The translations under genes and the position numbers were made by a program. This document shows positions 1 to 13,343 of a stretch of 64,000 bases of DNA, one piece after another. Each line of letters begins with the position of its first letter. The first letter of the stretch is position 1. Location: NCBI GenBank assembly GCA_905178155.1, contig CAJINV010000012.1, positions 1,802,492-1,866,491 of the forward strand, in the 5' to 3' direction. This stretch comes from Amoebophrya sp. A120. Lineage: Eukaryota; Protista; Dinoflagellata. The notes beneath the pieces were generated by a model. The model had not been told where the DNA came from. It saw nothing but the letters and a program-made list of their open reading frames with translations, and searched no databases.

Positions 1-108
1 GCATTACAAATTTCTTTCTCAAGGTAAATCCGCATTACAAATTTTATTTCTCATGCTGCGGAAATTTGTTATGCGATTTATACTAGTACGATGCTTTTGC
101 ATTTCGTA
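1..108. mobile_element. Partial introner, short family B
   Basis: Ends TACTAGTACGATGCTTTTGCATTTCGTA, like the right end of 300-447. Confidence 0.7.
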
Positions 109-3100
109 TTGTATCCACCGTCGCGAGAACTGATTCGCCGGGAATCAATTTCGCACAGTAATTCACCGCTTCGTCCCGAGAGAAATCAGACGCGGACGAT
201 GCTATCGAGACCTTCCGAAACGCCATCCCGGTGGCCTCGCTGCAGGAAAAGCCAGCAGGACAGGCGTTGAGTGTGGAGTCTGCGTTAGTTCCTGTAGCTT
301 ATGCTCTACAAAAGTATCGCACTCGTACTAATTGCAACCATGCATGACAAATCTTGTTTCTTCGCCAAATCAGCATTACAAACTCCATTTTTTTCTGAAA
401 GAACTTGTATTGCGATTTATACTAGTACGATGCTTTTGCAATGCATATAGCTCCTGTTGTTCCGACCACTATATCGTTGTTCGCATTCGGGTGCTTCTCG
501 ACAAATTGCCCCTCCTCAAGCTCCAGGCTGTCGAGCGCGAAACTGACGAACGGAAAGATTACGTCGCTTGTCGCGATGTCGAGCGTAATTTGACTAGACC
601 CAGCGGGGAGAGACACCGCAACTGGTTTCGTGTAGGCCCAGGACCTGGTGTTTTCTCCTTGAGTGGAGGACGTGGTGGAGAAAGTACTTTGGAAGGAAAC
701 AAACTCCCCATTGCTGGCGTTGTTGGAAGCGGGGAGGATCACGGTCGAGTTTAACTGTTATGAAAGCCTCAGGTTGGAAATTCTCAAAGTTGAAATAATT
801 TGTAATGCAAAAAAACGATCCCGGTCGACGCCCCCCTTCTAGTCGGCGCATGACAAATCTCCGGGGCACGTGAGGCGTGTCTGTCATGCTGTTTAGTGCA
901 AAGGGGTGCCCCTTCTGTCATGCTAGTCAGCAACCCAATCCTTAGCACGTAGCAGGACAATAGTCAGCCCCCATTGCGATTGCGTGCTCTGCAATACAGT
1001 CAGTCTATGCGTCGCATTTCATGCATTACAAGTCATTTCAACTTTGAGCATTTCCAACCTGAGGCTTCCTTAACTGTAGGCTTGCGGACAGGGTGGCTTG
1101 CGACAAGTACTGGGCATTCGCCGTGTTTGAGGTGTCAACGGCTAAGGAGTAGCGGAGTCGTATCATATGCAAAGACGTCCCCCCCCATAGTCAAGTTGGG
1201 AACGTAGCAACACAAATCCAGAAGTTTTGGGAGCCACGCATGACAAGTTGCGGTCCGTAGTGTCGTGCATGTTAGCAAGAACAGCCGCATCACAAATCCA
1301 TCTGCTTATCCTGTTTGCAGCATTACAAGTGCCAAAACACGATTGGAAATGCCTCCCTTGGAGACGCGCATTACAAATGTTCCTGCAATTGCAAATCTGC
1401 ATGACAACTCTGGGGTGGGGACGTTTTTACACAGGATAAACCGAACCAAATAGATTTTCGCGGTGCAGGTGCTCGTCTGAAAGGTCAACGAGAATCCTAT
1501 GGAGAGGAAAAAACCCCCCTCCCCATATCGAAAAGGTATGTTTGCGAAAATTTGTCTTGCTGACTTGAGACCACAAATCACGTCTGTCTTGCAAGAAGAC
1601 AACTCCACAGGCTCTGCCGCATTGTGCAGGCGGTTTGTGATGCTGTTGGGCCTACAGCATAGACGTTTCTCATGCTAAGCGCTAGGCCAAAACTTCTCTA
1701 CTCAGGCTTGGCAGGAGCCTGCAGTCCTCTACTGCAAGACAAACGTGATTTGTATACGCAAATCCAGCATCAGAAACTTCCGTTTGATAATGGGAGGGGG
1801 GATTTTCCCTTGTGATAAATCCGCCAAAGCTGGTTCCCGAGACCTGCACATACCCCGACCCAGAGAACCCGTCTGCGAAATAGCCGCCCGGGGTGGTTGC
1901 AGCCGCGTTTTGCTTGGTCGCTAGAGTCGTGGAGCCGAATATGGCCGGAGTGACCGCACTCGTCTGCTCGGCTTGGTATACCCCGTCGCAGAAGTCTTGC
2001 TTGCTGCCATTGTCCGCCGCGACGATTCTGACTAGTTTCCGTCTCGCCCCGAACAGGTTGGGATTTCTCTCGCGGTTCGGGGACAAGGAGTAGTACGAGG
2101 GAAATAACCCGGTGGTGCTGTCGAAGATCGGATCTCTGATCCCAGTAAAGCCGGTGTTGTCAGGAATCAAGACGGAAAACTCCAATTTCTCGCTTCTCCC
2201 CCCGGTAATGGTGGTCGCGCCGGAGATCGGACCGTACTTGGCCGCGAACTGGGCGTTTTGGGTGGTTGCGGCGGCAACACTGACCGAGCTGTCGGCGGGA
2301 AATTGCTCGACACTCGCGTCGGTCGCGGCTAAGTCGGTGAAATAAACGAAAAAAGCGAGGTTTGTGAAGGAAGAGGATGCTGCATTTGCGTTGGTGACGG
2401 AGAAGGTCAGGTTGCCGCCGATTTGGTCGACATTTAGATCGTAGTCGGTGAATTCCACGTCTGTAAATTCTAGGTGGTTCAGGTTATTCGCGTCGGCAAG
2501 CAGAACCGCGAACTCCGCCGACATATAACCGGAGAAAAGCAAGAGAAACAGCTTGACCCTCCGCAGGAAGCGAATCATGAATTTGATCGAGCAGACGAAG
2601 ATTTTATGGAAAATTTCGAGCAGTCTTGTCAAGGAGCAAGAGGTAGCGTCGACCGCTTTCGACGCCAGTCGTTTCGCGGTCGTGGCCGCCGTTCCTGCAA
2701 ATGACGTAGTTCTACTTGTCCTTCCAGTTGTTCCAGAAGTTGGCTTCTTCGTTCTCCGTGTAGAGTCGCCCCTGGAGGTGGACGACGATGAAGTTGTACT
2801 CCTTGTGCAGCAGCAGGAGCTGCAGAATATTTTCTTACTACACGACTTTCTTGTCCTCGAACCGCAGAAGTCCACCTCTCGTTGTTCTTTAGAGCAAGCA
2901 GTTGTAGGTCTATTAAACCAGGGTCGCTGCAGGTAGTTGTACAACTTCTCTCTCCAAGACACGACCCTAGTTGCCCCTGGCTGTACTGCTGGTGGGGAAC
3001 TATAACCTCCAGGCGGTGGTCCTGGCTTCTTCGGTGCTGTGGATGCGCTTGCAGTAGTTCTTCCCCCCGCCTCCAGGTCGCGGCCTACCTGCACATGAAT

Positions 3101-5750
3101 CTCGTCCGGCGAAGTAGTACAACTCTTTCTCTTTTTTCTCCTTCCTTTACCGCGAGGCAGTTCTTGTACAGACGGCTGGCACGACAGCAACTCCTGGGGA
3201 CAGATCTTGCTCTTGTCCATGATCTTTTGAGACTTACAATTAACCTCCTGTACCTGTTGCTGTTCTTCATCTTCATCCTTCTTCCGGTGAAGGGCGGGTC
3301 GTGTTTGTCGTTTCATCAAATTGATGCCGCGCTTGTCTTCAGTGGCTGCTAGTTATCAAATGGAAAAGTGTCTGGGTCTGGAAACTTGTGATGCTGGGTG
3401 GCGTCTCATGAGGCCACAAGTGCTGGCTCAGCATGACAAGTTTCTGAGCTTCTAGGTGTTGCCTATTCTGCATGACAAGAAACTGCGCTTCTGCATCACA
3501 GAAAAATGGAGCTCTTGGGTAACGTGCATGACAGAGTTAAGCGTCATGTCAGACAAGGATGACAAACATACATTCTTCCAGACCCAGACATTTATTTTGC
3601 ACTTGATACTTTTTTCTTGTTTCTAGGGACAAGAACCGGAAGAAACGAGCGAGCGTTATTTTCACCACTACAAGCTACTTTTCTCTCTTGTTTCCTCCTC
3701 GCGGGGCAGAAGTAAAGACTGTACGAACCACCGTTTGAGATAATTGTCGTCCGAAGACAGTTGAAGCTGTCGCCAATCTTCGATAGCCTCGCCCATGATC
3801 TTCTAGCAGCAAATTTGATTTCGTTTTCTTCACCCGCGGGGGCATCATCATTTTGATCTGCGCTAACTGTAGCATCATCATTTCGATTTACGCTACTTGT
3901 ATTTTCCTCGTGCGCCGTTGGTCGCTGTTGTACTAGAAGTTGTTCACGTGCAGCAAGAACTCCGCTGTTGTTTGGATTGTTTTTTCTTTGCGCCGGCTTC
4001 TGCTTTTCCACATTTCGGTAGAAATCATAAGCAGATCTCCTGCAGCTGCTCCGTAATAGTTGAGGTTGACGACCCTTGTTCTGAAGACAACCACGACGGA
4101 GGTCTTCCTCTTCTTCAGACGAGCTACTAGCTGTACTGCTACTGGCTGTAGTACTGCCTGGCGACCGTGTTGCCGTTGTTGCGACGTCTTCGCCGTCTAT
4201 GTCACCTGCGGTAGAAGTGAGCTGCCAGCATCCCTTTTTTGTAGTTTTTCTTTTTCGTGGAGGTGATTCAATAATAAACGGAAAATGGGTTTTAGTGCTT
4301 GTATTTATCAACTGCAAATATAAAGATCTCTGGGCCTGGAACAAAGATCCTGTATAAACAACGCGTGTGCAAGATTTTCTTGTTCATTTTTCCAGAACAA
4401 AAATCTGTATTTTTGCAGGAGAGCAACAAAAGCTGCACAGAAGTTTTGTCATGACAAAGCGCAGTCTCAGCATCTAAAAATGGTAATGCGCACTAACCCT
4501 GAGAAAGGGTTTGGAAAAAAATTTGTCATGCTATACTTACACAACTGCGCTTAAAAAGGGCGCACTCACTGATGTTGACCATTCAGCATTACAGCTTTCC
4601 AGACCTCCCAGACGATCCCATGGTTGCACTTGCTAGTATTTTTGCCAGTCGAAGAATCACAGCTGATGTTGTTCGCCTCGGAAGAACCTGCAGTACAACT
4701 GCGGTATTGTACCAGGCAATTGGTGCTGCTCGACATAGAGGGACTATTTCTACGACTGCAGCTTGTCCTTGTTGGACTACTTGTACTTTGGCTAGCAGCA
4801 CCTCGGTGCACAACTGGTCGTGGTGCTCCGCAACTCCAACTAGCTTGTGGTGATTCCTCGTCCGTCGTGCTGCACGACGCTCTTCTATTTTTCCTGCACA
4901 AGAACCAGCTGCATCTACTTTTTCCCAATGTAGTACAACTTTTTCTCCTCTTCTGCTGGTCGACATCTTTCAGGCGGTTGTCGGTGTTCCGCCAACTCCT
5001 CGCGCAGCATGAGTAAATTCGTCGGGCCCCCGCAACAAGATGAGCAGCTTCTTCGTGCGTCGTAGGATTTGTGATTATTTTCTTTTGGCACGATGTGGTC
5101 GATGCTGGTGCACCAGCCCCGGCGCTCCTCTTCATCCCACAACAAGATGTAGTTTTTACGGGAAGTACAGCAGAAGTCTTTGTTGTAGTGGTTTTCATTT
5201 TTGATTTCGCTGCAGCAGAATGAACTTTGTCTTTTTCCGCTAGAAGTACGTCAGGAGTTGGTGCCCCACTTCTACTTGCTCGTGGTCCCTCTGGACCACG
5301 TGAAGTTTTCCTCTCCGGTCGCCGCAAGGACCTCCGACAAGGGCAAGGCGGAGCTTTTATCCTGTGTAAAAGATCATCGCCATTTTTCATGCCGAGGAGG
5401 CCGGAGGAACAATTATCTTCCGAAGCTGCATGGTCAACAACAACATCATCTCCAGATATTGACACTGCGCGTTTTATTCCCAAAGTTGTTGAGGACAGCA
5501 CTGCGTTCGTTGAAGTAGACCCATGTTCTTGACAGGGAGATGACACAGTTGCAGTTGCAGGACGAACACTACAACTTTCCTGGCCGTTACCAGAAAACTT
5601 CGCCTTGTTGTTCCCTTTCGCTTTCCTTCGTTTCGCGCGCGCGTAGATGTAGGAGCTGCTACAGTTGGACGAAGTGGCGGTAGAAGTGCCAGTGCTTGAG
5701 CTACTCGTCGGCATTTCACATGTCGTACTAGAAGTAGATGCCGAGGACAT
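1..5750 (-). CDS. Multi-exon membrane protein with low-complexity N-terminus, TM segment and CBM6/CBM35-like module; runs off the window start
   Basis: ORFs 4566..5750, 3592..4344, 1682..3319 and 422..742 are separated by TIR introners. The 4306-4635 junction gives in-frame GKNT|STKTHF. Hydrophobic VKLFLLLFSGYMSAEFAVLLA. Motifs YQAEQ..GFSGSGYV..SW..VAVSLPAGSSQITL resemble CBM6/35. Start codon uncertain. Confidence 0.6.
300..447. mobile_element. Introner family B (148 bp)
   Basis: TATGC..AAAAGTATCG / CGATGCTTTTGCAATGCATA termini; direct repeat (DR) TAGCT on both sides. Confidence 0.9.
759..1072. mobile_element. Introner family D
   Basis: ~38-bp TIR TATGAAAGCCTCAGGTTGGAAA..; DR ACTGT; related to 26421-26727. 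Confidence 0.85.
1161..1438. mobile_element. Introner family C
   Basis: TATC..AAAGACGTCCCC / GGGGACGTTTTTACACAGGATA; DR AGTCG/AACCG. Confidence 0.85.
1498..1817. mobile_element. Introner family E
   Basis: C-rich/G-rich TIRs; DR AATCC; related to 17453-17740. Confidence 0.8.
3354..3608. mobile_element. Introner family A
   Basis: TATCAAATG..TGTCTGGGTCTGGAA / TTCCAGACCCAGACA..TTGATA; close to 25068-25319 and 46361-46612. Confidence 0.85.
4306..4635. mobile_element. Degenerate family A-like introner
   Basis: DR GTATT; removal fuses the flanking ORFs in frame. Confidence 0.75.
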
Positions 5751-7770
5751 AATCGCGGGGCTATTATTTTCTTCACACGATGGTAATTTGGATTTGCTCG
5801 TCCGAATCGAAGATCAACAACTCGTACTCGTCAGTCTGGCGGCCTCGAAGACATCAACTCAGCAGGAGAAGATGCGCCTTGCTGGCCAGGGTTCTTTGTT
5901 CCCCGGAAATAGAAGAGTACTTCTAGAGAAACTTCTACGCTCAACACAGCGGCGCGGCCGCATAGCACGAAGCCGATGTTGCGCCGAATGTGGAGGTCCA
6001 CTTTGTAGTTTTTCTTACACGCACCAGTTGTAGCTCCCGTAGTTCCTTGTCGTGGTAACTACGCAAGTTGTTGCTGGCAGCTCCTGCGACTGGACGACAA
6101 CAAACAACAAGAAGCACCAGAGCATATCTTTGTCTTCGCCGGCGTGTTCTTTCATCTTCCCTGAAAAGTGGTTGCTAAAAGGGAAGAAGAGCAGGCACCA
6201 CAAACACAATTACCGCATCGCGCGCACAATATAATTCGCGAATTTCCGTACACCTTGCATTCATCAACGAGGACGGTGCGCCGCGTAATTTGTCTTGCAG
6301 CCTTGCTCGGTGCTGTGCCGTCGTGTGTGTAGAAGTTTTACAGGTTCGTTCTTCTACGGTCTACGCCTGCAACCTCAGTGTCTGCGTCGTTCGGGTCTAC
6401 GGTCTTGTAGTTCTATTTTCACCGCCGTTGCATCACTCAACCATGCTCGGTGGAAGCCGGGCGCCAGGTATTCTTCAATGCCGGTAGTCCTTCGTGGTTG
6501 CTCGCGAGAATTCATTCCCAGAGGAGGTGTGACGCAAGCGTCTAGGATCCGCAAGCCGCTCCGAAAGAACTACAACCCCGCTGAGCAAAATTAATAGCAG
6601 AGCAAAGAAACGAAAGCAGAACGGCAAGATGTTGAGAACAAACTCCGTGAGGATCTTTTGGTAGTAGGGCGAGCTGAGTTATGGGGAAGGAGCAAGACCT
6701 AGCTCGTCGTCCAGCACACCTACTGACGAACAAAGGGCAACATGTTTATTGCGCATCTCCGGAGATTGATTTTTGCACAAGTAATATGACCGCATAACTC
6801 ACTTGTTTGCAATTTCTAACTTGTAGTCTGGCTTTGACTAGTAAGTACTTAACTTCTATCCACAGAAAAAAACCCATCCGCATCCATTTTTTGCATGACA
6901 AACACATGACTTGATACGTGTTTTACATCAAAAATTGGATGTGGATGGGTTTTTTTCATTTTCTGTGGATAACTTCTTCGCTGCACAAACTCGGACACGC
7001 TCATGCATCGGGAATTACAACTAGGATCATGCCGTATTGAAGATGGATCCACCGCCCCCCTGCCTGCCGTTGTTCAGGCGGCTCCCAACACCCGGCCTCT
7101 CTATCTATCTTCCACAACTTTTTGCTTATTCTCATCACTCGAGAGACTAAAAACACAAACAGCTGAACCTAGTATCATCGAACTGAACACCACTCAAAGA
7201 AAAAGAGAACGCGATGGATTTTTCAGGGCCTTGAACCTTTGATGCCGTGCCCGGGCACGGAAAAGAAAGAAAGAAATCATAGATCTTCTCCTTATTCGCT
7301 CTCATACTCATACAGACTACACAACAGAATCTTTGCATAGTCCTACCCTCCGGTTCCTCACTCTGGATCATCAATCTGGAAGACAAGAGCTCTCCTTCTC
7401 TCTTCCAAAAAATGAATCAAGTAGGATCATCTTCATTGTAAAAAAGACACAACAACTAACTTCCATCAGGAGGAGCTGGCCCCTGATGTAGTGAGCGCGT
7501 CGATCTTGCTCCATGATAAGTATGTTGAACATGATGGCGCGTCGCGCGAAGATCGCACCCACGAATGCGCGCTGATCCCGCGCGCCATTTATGAAATGCT
7601 TGATGATCCCGCACGGGGAGATCAAACGACCTATCCTTTAATGAAGTGAACAAGAACAACGGCCTCGGGAGGCGTCAAAAATAAATGCGCCCCGAGACGA
7701 GCGGGCGTCTGTGAGCGCGGCTCCGGCAGTCTTTATTTTTTTTTCCAAATTACAAAGAAACCCGTTCTGC

Positions 7771-7901
7771 CCAAGTAGAACTCCCACTTGGGACGATCGG
7801 TGGTCGACGAGCGTTCTTCCCACAATGCGGCTTTCCTGTTAATCAGCTTCGTTCTCATCCTCGGAGTTAAAAATTACAAAAGAAAGGCAAAGCGCCATCC
7901 T
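7771..7901. repeat. Dispersed ~125-bp repeat, copy 1
   Basis: CCAAGTAGAACTCCCACTT..GGAGTTAAAAATTACAAAAGAAAGGCA..GCCATCCT recurs at 11828-11945. Confidence 0.85.
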
Positions 7902-8289
7902 CGATGAATAATCATGCCATTACCAAAAGATATTAAACTGCAGACGCAGATGAAGAACAAAGATCATAGCGGGAATGAAAGCCAATATGGTGAAGCAAAA
8001 AATATGCTTCGGCCACAGATAAATATCACGGACCAAAACAGGCGATCTAGGGTTAAGATTTAGGAATATGCTATCAGACGTAACAACTTCACTTTCTTTT
8101 TTCTTTCGAGAAAATTGCATTGCTAAACAGATGAAATGACTACACTACCGAATCAAGATTAGTCAGGGTCCACGCACCAGCGCGGGAGCACCTGACCGAC
8201 ACCCGATTGGCAATGGAAAAAAATTGTATTGCATTATTTCCGAGACATCAAATACAGTTACAGTGCGATGCATTTGCAAAAATGCCTAG

Positions 8290-11062
8290 TCAACTACATG
8301 ACCTGATGCGCGCCTCCTGCGGAGTCTCCTCCTGAGGCCCGGGAAGTACCAAATGCGCTGCTTTATGCCATTCCCATTCGTTGCTGGGCTGGCGGTATGG
8401 AATACAAATATGTCCGGGTCTGGAAATGAAGTCGAGCTCGTGAAGAGGCGTGCCTCGCTGTCCTGGAAAAAAATCTGTATTGCATGACCCCCAAAAATAG
8501 TTTAGCTTCTCGCGTCTACATGCCATCAAGGCGCAAACTGTCATGTGCACCCCTAAGTATGACGGAGTGCAGCTCTAAAAAGTTGGCATGCCTGGCAGCA
8601 GTTGCCCTCAACACATGATCTCGTAGTGCATTCATTCACACCAACTCCGCAACATCTACTTCACGAGTGTGGTAGCTCCGACCCAGATCGATATTTGCAA
8701 TGCATAAGCGGACGGGCCGCTGGCCGGCGACCGAACGTGTCCCGAACCAGGAACGGGACGACAGGCGGCGGGCGGGGCCTGGAACAATCTTCATATTCCA
8801 TATCCAACAGTCCTTTTCTCTTACCCTTAATTTTTTCCTTTAGGCGGTTGATGTGATGCTCCGCGCGACAGTTGGGCACGTTTAATCCAACGGCGAGACA
8901 GGCAGCGACACCAAAACAGGGGCAGGGAATATGTGAGTTTCCGGCACACACGAACGCCATGCAGCCAATGCTAACCCCACTTAGCGAGCAGCACAACCCA
9001 CAACCGTCTTGAAATCTGGAATGACCATCTTGCTCCAAGCAATATCCTCTGTAAAAAAATATCATCGATCTGGGCCTGGAAGGTTCAAGAAGCTAAACTA
9101 CCATCTTGTTGTGATCATGCAGCACACTCTGATTGGTCTGGACGAGGACGCGAGAAAGCTTTTTTGCCCCTCAACCCATAATTATCCGATTGCGATTTGT
9201 GTTGCTGCATGAATGCCAAAAGTTCTTGTCCTTTTTTGCTACTCAAACAGCGCGTCTCTCCCCTTGCGGGCTAGGCATCAAGCAGGAGCCCCCTGCTGCG
9301 CAATAAGACTTCCACAAAGAACGCTTCGGCGTGCGTGCTACAGCTGCTACATCATGCAAAAATGTGTAAAAGCATAAATGCTACATGATCCAAAAACAAT
9401 ATCCGCATGGCAAACCCAAACATCTGCAAGCTTCCTTCCAACCCCAGGCATATAATTCCAATGATTTCGATGGATAGATAGAGCCGTCTTATTTTCTCTT
9501 TCCGCCTTGCAATTCTTGCGAGGAGAACCTGTCTCCGCCGCTCACCCGCGTAATCACGACCAATACCACTACGATTACACACTGGGCACCCTTTCGGCTC
9601 GGATGCTGTGCCCTCTGCGATCCAGTTCTTCCCGCATTCCCAGTGCAGCAGGTGCCGGCGTTGCGGATCGCCGCAATTGTTAAAATAATACGTCCCAAGG
9701 TCTTGCTCACGCTTATGGGGTTGTTCTCAAACGTGACATTTTCAAGCGTAGTTACATGCAGTTGTGATGCAAAAACTAGCAAAAGGGAAGGTGAAAGGGG
9801 GGAGCTTGGTGGTGCACGTCCCGCACGACAAATTCGGCACAAATTTCCATCGACTGTTTGGCGCATCACGAATTTGTCATGCCAAGTGGCTTGATCATCA
9901 TCATCATGTGGAGGCTGATAGGTCTTTTGCATGCCAAATCGTGTAACATTGTATGAGAATGTAGGGTTCGAGAATTATGCCATAACCATCGGGATGAATC
10001 TCTTCGTGGTATCACTCGGAAAACAAGAAGTACAGTCATGATACCAGCAGAAACAAATCGCATCTGTAGCATCACTGCCTTGCCCTTGTGCGCTTGTTTA
10101 TTTTGCGTTACAAAAATTTTTAGGTGTTGTTGGCTCCTGTGTTGCCCAGCATGTTGACAATATCAAACGCTCGTGCTCTGATGTACCTGTAGAAGTCGCA
10201 GCTATCGTGCAGCATTTTTTTTACACAAGCTACATTTTTGCGCATGACAGAAAATTCTTTCCGATATATGCTATCTTTCTATAATACTGGTCGCCGCATT
10301 GAAGAAGATTACAGTGTTTTCAGTGACAGGACGTCCACTTCAGCATCAGAAGCTCACTTTTAATTCTGGTATGATGTTGTGTACTTGATTCCTGTTAGAT
10401 ACGTGACAAATGACGCACACGTCATCGTCCTCGTCCGCGTTTTCGTCGAGAAGGGGCGCTGTTGTTCCTGTTGGTGCACATGGTGGTGGCTCGTCGCGAG
10501 TAGACTCAGATGAAGAAGAGCAAGACGAGGAAGAAGATGAGGAACAACTTCTCGCTGCAGCCGTTCCCGTTCCCGCAGCACCTACAAAAGGGGTCGCCCT
10601 CGTTCCTGCTTGTGGCGCTGCGTCAGTTTGTAGTAGAAGGGGCACAGCACCTCCTCTTTTATCAAATGCAAAGTCGTCTGGGTCTGGAAGGATGTAACTT
10701 GTAGTTCTGCATTTGGATTCCAAAAAAATCTGTATTGCAGGAACAGCGAATGCGAAAGAGGTGCGCTTTTTGCTACGCGGCGGGCGGGGCATATCTCATG
10801 TAGTATGGGCATCCGAAAGCTGTCACAAAATCTGTGATGCTAGGGAATGCATCAGAGACATCGCTGGTGATGCAAAATGTGCATGACAAACTTCCAGACC
10901 CAGACATATTTGCAATTCATATCTTGCCCGCGGCTGCAATGCCTGTGCGACTGGGACAAGTACGCTGTAGCCGACGTCAACGCAGCACGAGAGGCAACTA
11001 CAGGCGGTAAAAAGATAAACCGCAAGCATCTTCTTCACTTGGCTTTTAAGAACCTTCGCCAT
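8290..11062 (-). CDS. RING-H2 finger protein with N-terminal hydrophobic signal and C-terminal hydrophobic segment (putative E3 ligase)
   Basis: Exons give VCVICH|EEIHPDG and CGDPQRRHLLHWECGKNW..GCPVC. Introners at 8396-8706, 10010-10401 and 10660-10921. Two junctions (about 9040-9480 and 9690-9985) are unresolved. Confidence 0.6.
8396..8706. mobile_element. Introner family A-like
   Basis: TIR with TGTCCGGGTCTGGAA; DR GGCGG/AGCGG. Confidence 0.75.
10010..10401. mobile_element. Introner (distinct TIR)
   Basis: TATC..CAAG(A)AGTACA termini; DR CGTGG/CGTGA. Confidence 0.6.
10660..10921. mobile_element. Introner family A
   Basis: Family A TIRs; DR TCTTT/TCTTG. Confidence 0.85.
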
Positions 11063-11827
11063 TTTTCAATTTTTCTGGCCGACTACACGGAGGTGTCCTC
11101 AAACAATCAAAAACAACGGCAGTGGCAAGGATTTTATTTGACGGTAAATACTTATTTACGTGTGTAAAGTAAAAGTAGTCTACTGGATCGACTCGCACTC
11201 GGGATGCAAAAAAAAGATGTGGCAAAAAGATACTTACCCTCTTGCAGCCATTACGTTCTTTTTTTCCACTTTACTGAGTTTTCACCTGGTTATTTTTGCA
11301 GCAAGATCCCTATAGCAAGTTGGCGCGCCGACCGTTGTAGTCCACTCAGATACTAAACCATTTTTTGAAGTAGATTACCGAAGTTTTTCTACGAGCTTGA
11401 TTAGGATCAACATCTTGATCGATACGTCTCCGCATCTGCCTCCGAAAAAAGAACAGAGAAGCACTCATTTTCTCGTTCTTACGACCGGTCGCGATTTCAA
11501 CTTCTTTCCGAAACAAAAACATCTTCATACCGATACCGAGGACCACCTTGATCTTCGAACTGGTTCAGTTCCACCTCCATCGGACGATCCCTTTATTGAT
11601 CATTTTGATAAAGCTGACCCCTTTGATTTCCTTTTTATTTTGATGTTGAAGCTGAGGTCGAGACGACCGGTGTCAGGTTGACAAGTTCATTTCGGCGATA
11701 TATGGTTTTAATGATCACCAAGAGCAAGAACAACATCAAATGCGGCGATGTATGGTTTTAAATACTTAATTTCCAACCATACGCTTTCTGATTTTCATTT
11801 TTCTTCCACATTACAAGCCCGCGGCTT

Positions 11828-11945
11828 CCAAGTAGAACTCCCACTTTGGACGCCTGGTGGTCGACGCGCGTTCTTCCCACAATGAATCAGCTTCGTTCTC
11901 GTCCTCGGAGTTAAAAATTACAAAAGAAAGGCACAGTGCCATCCT
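11828..11945. repeat. Dispersed ~125-bp repeat, copy 2
   Basis: Direct repeat of 7771-7901 with a small deletion. Confidence 0.85.
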
Positions 11946-13343
11946 TAATAGATAATTCAATTATACAAAAGAAAGATCAATCAATCAAAACGCATTATCA
12001 ATCCGGTCTCGTTTAAGGAATTCTTGTCGGACATCTTCGAAAAATCGCGGATGTGCGTGTGTTACTGTCGCTCTTCTATTTCTACTGGCCGGGGGAGGCT
12101 CTTCTCTACGTGGAAACTGCCCACGTAGAGAAGGATGATAAAATCAAAAAATATACAAAGAGCAGAACAAAGTAGATCCTAAACTGGAAAAAAAAGCTGG
12201 TCGAAAGAAGGTGGAGCAAGAAATTATATGTTTTCATCGATAGATGGCCCGGCGGGACCATTTTCACGATTATCCGCGATGTAGGAAAAATATGCTCGCA
12301 TACATAAAAGCAAGCGTGATTTCATTTCAGTTCCTCATTTCCTGGGACGGAAAGGGCACAAAAATTAGCGACACTGTTACAACAAGCAACAGCGCTCCCA
12401 ACCCGCAGGCTGTTGATGAGCACTACAACCAGCTTGCGCGTTTGAGTTGTTCACTTCGAGAATGATGATCTTCGCACTTCCACGGAAACACCCCAGGAAG
12501 TGGCTGTAGTAAAGCTTTGGCCCGCAGCAGCCGAACTTCTAGCCGTGGAGCAGCGCAAATCTACTGCGCCATTACTACGACAAGTATAAACGATAGTGAT
12601 TTTATTTGTCTACTTCCCACCAGCATACCCAGGCGGACGGTGAATTGTCTTTGGAGATAACGATTTTGTACGCCCCAACAGGACGGGGAGATGTCCAGCA
12701 ACATTATGAGTTCGAGCGGGGCTTCTACTTCCCACCGCGCCACCTACTGCTTGTGTCGAGGACGTAGCTGCTCCTTGCAACAGTATGAAAGTGGTGCGCA
12801 ATTTTTTCTCTCCCATCTTGTTTGCCAAACATAGTAGCACCTCCAAGCCCACCCTTTCCCTTTAACGTTTTTTCTTCGCTCTGTATGCATGACAAGTTAT
12901 CGTGGTCCTTTCGAAAATTGATATCAAGCTCAGAGAGAACAAGTAAAAACAGGACAACAATTTGCAAATCATGGGCAATTTCTTGTTTTTTGATCTGCTC
13001 TCTTATGCGGAACAAGCACAAGTGAAAAGACGGAGAATATCAAATTGCACAGTCTCATAAATGAAGACGGCTGCAGCTGCTGATGGTGCGTTCGGTTGCA
13101 GGACGGCGACGGGGGCCGCGACGTATCCACGGCTTGGGACGAGGAGGCCCGCTCGGACGTCGGCGTAATACTGCGGGGACCACATCGTGGAGAGATGAAT
13201 GCTTCCACGGCGTCCGTGTACTGCCCCGGGGGGTGGTCCCTCAGTAACCACCCGCAGTAACACTGGCGGACTCGACGCGCACGGCCCTCGAACGGAATTG
13301 CTGGCGCGTCCTGGTCTTCCTTCTCTGACTCTGGCTCCCGCTC

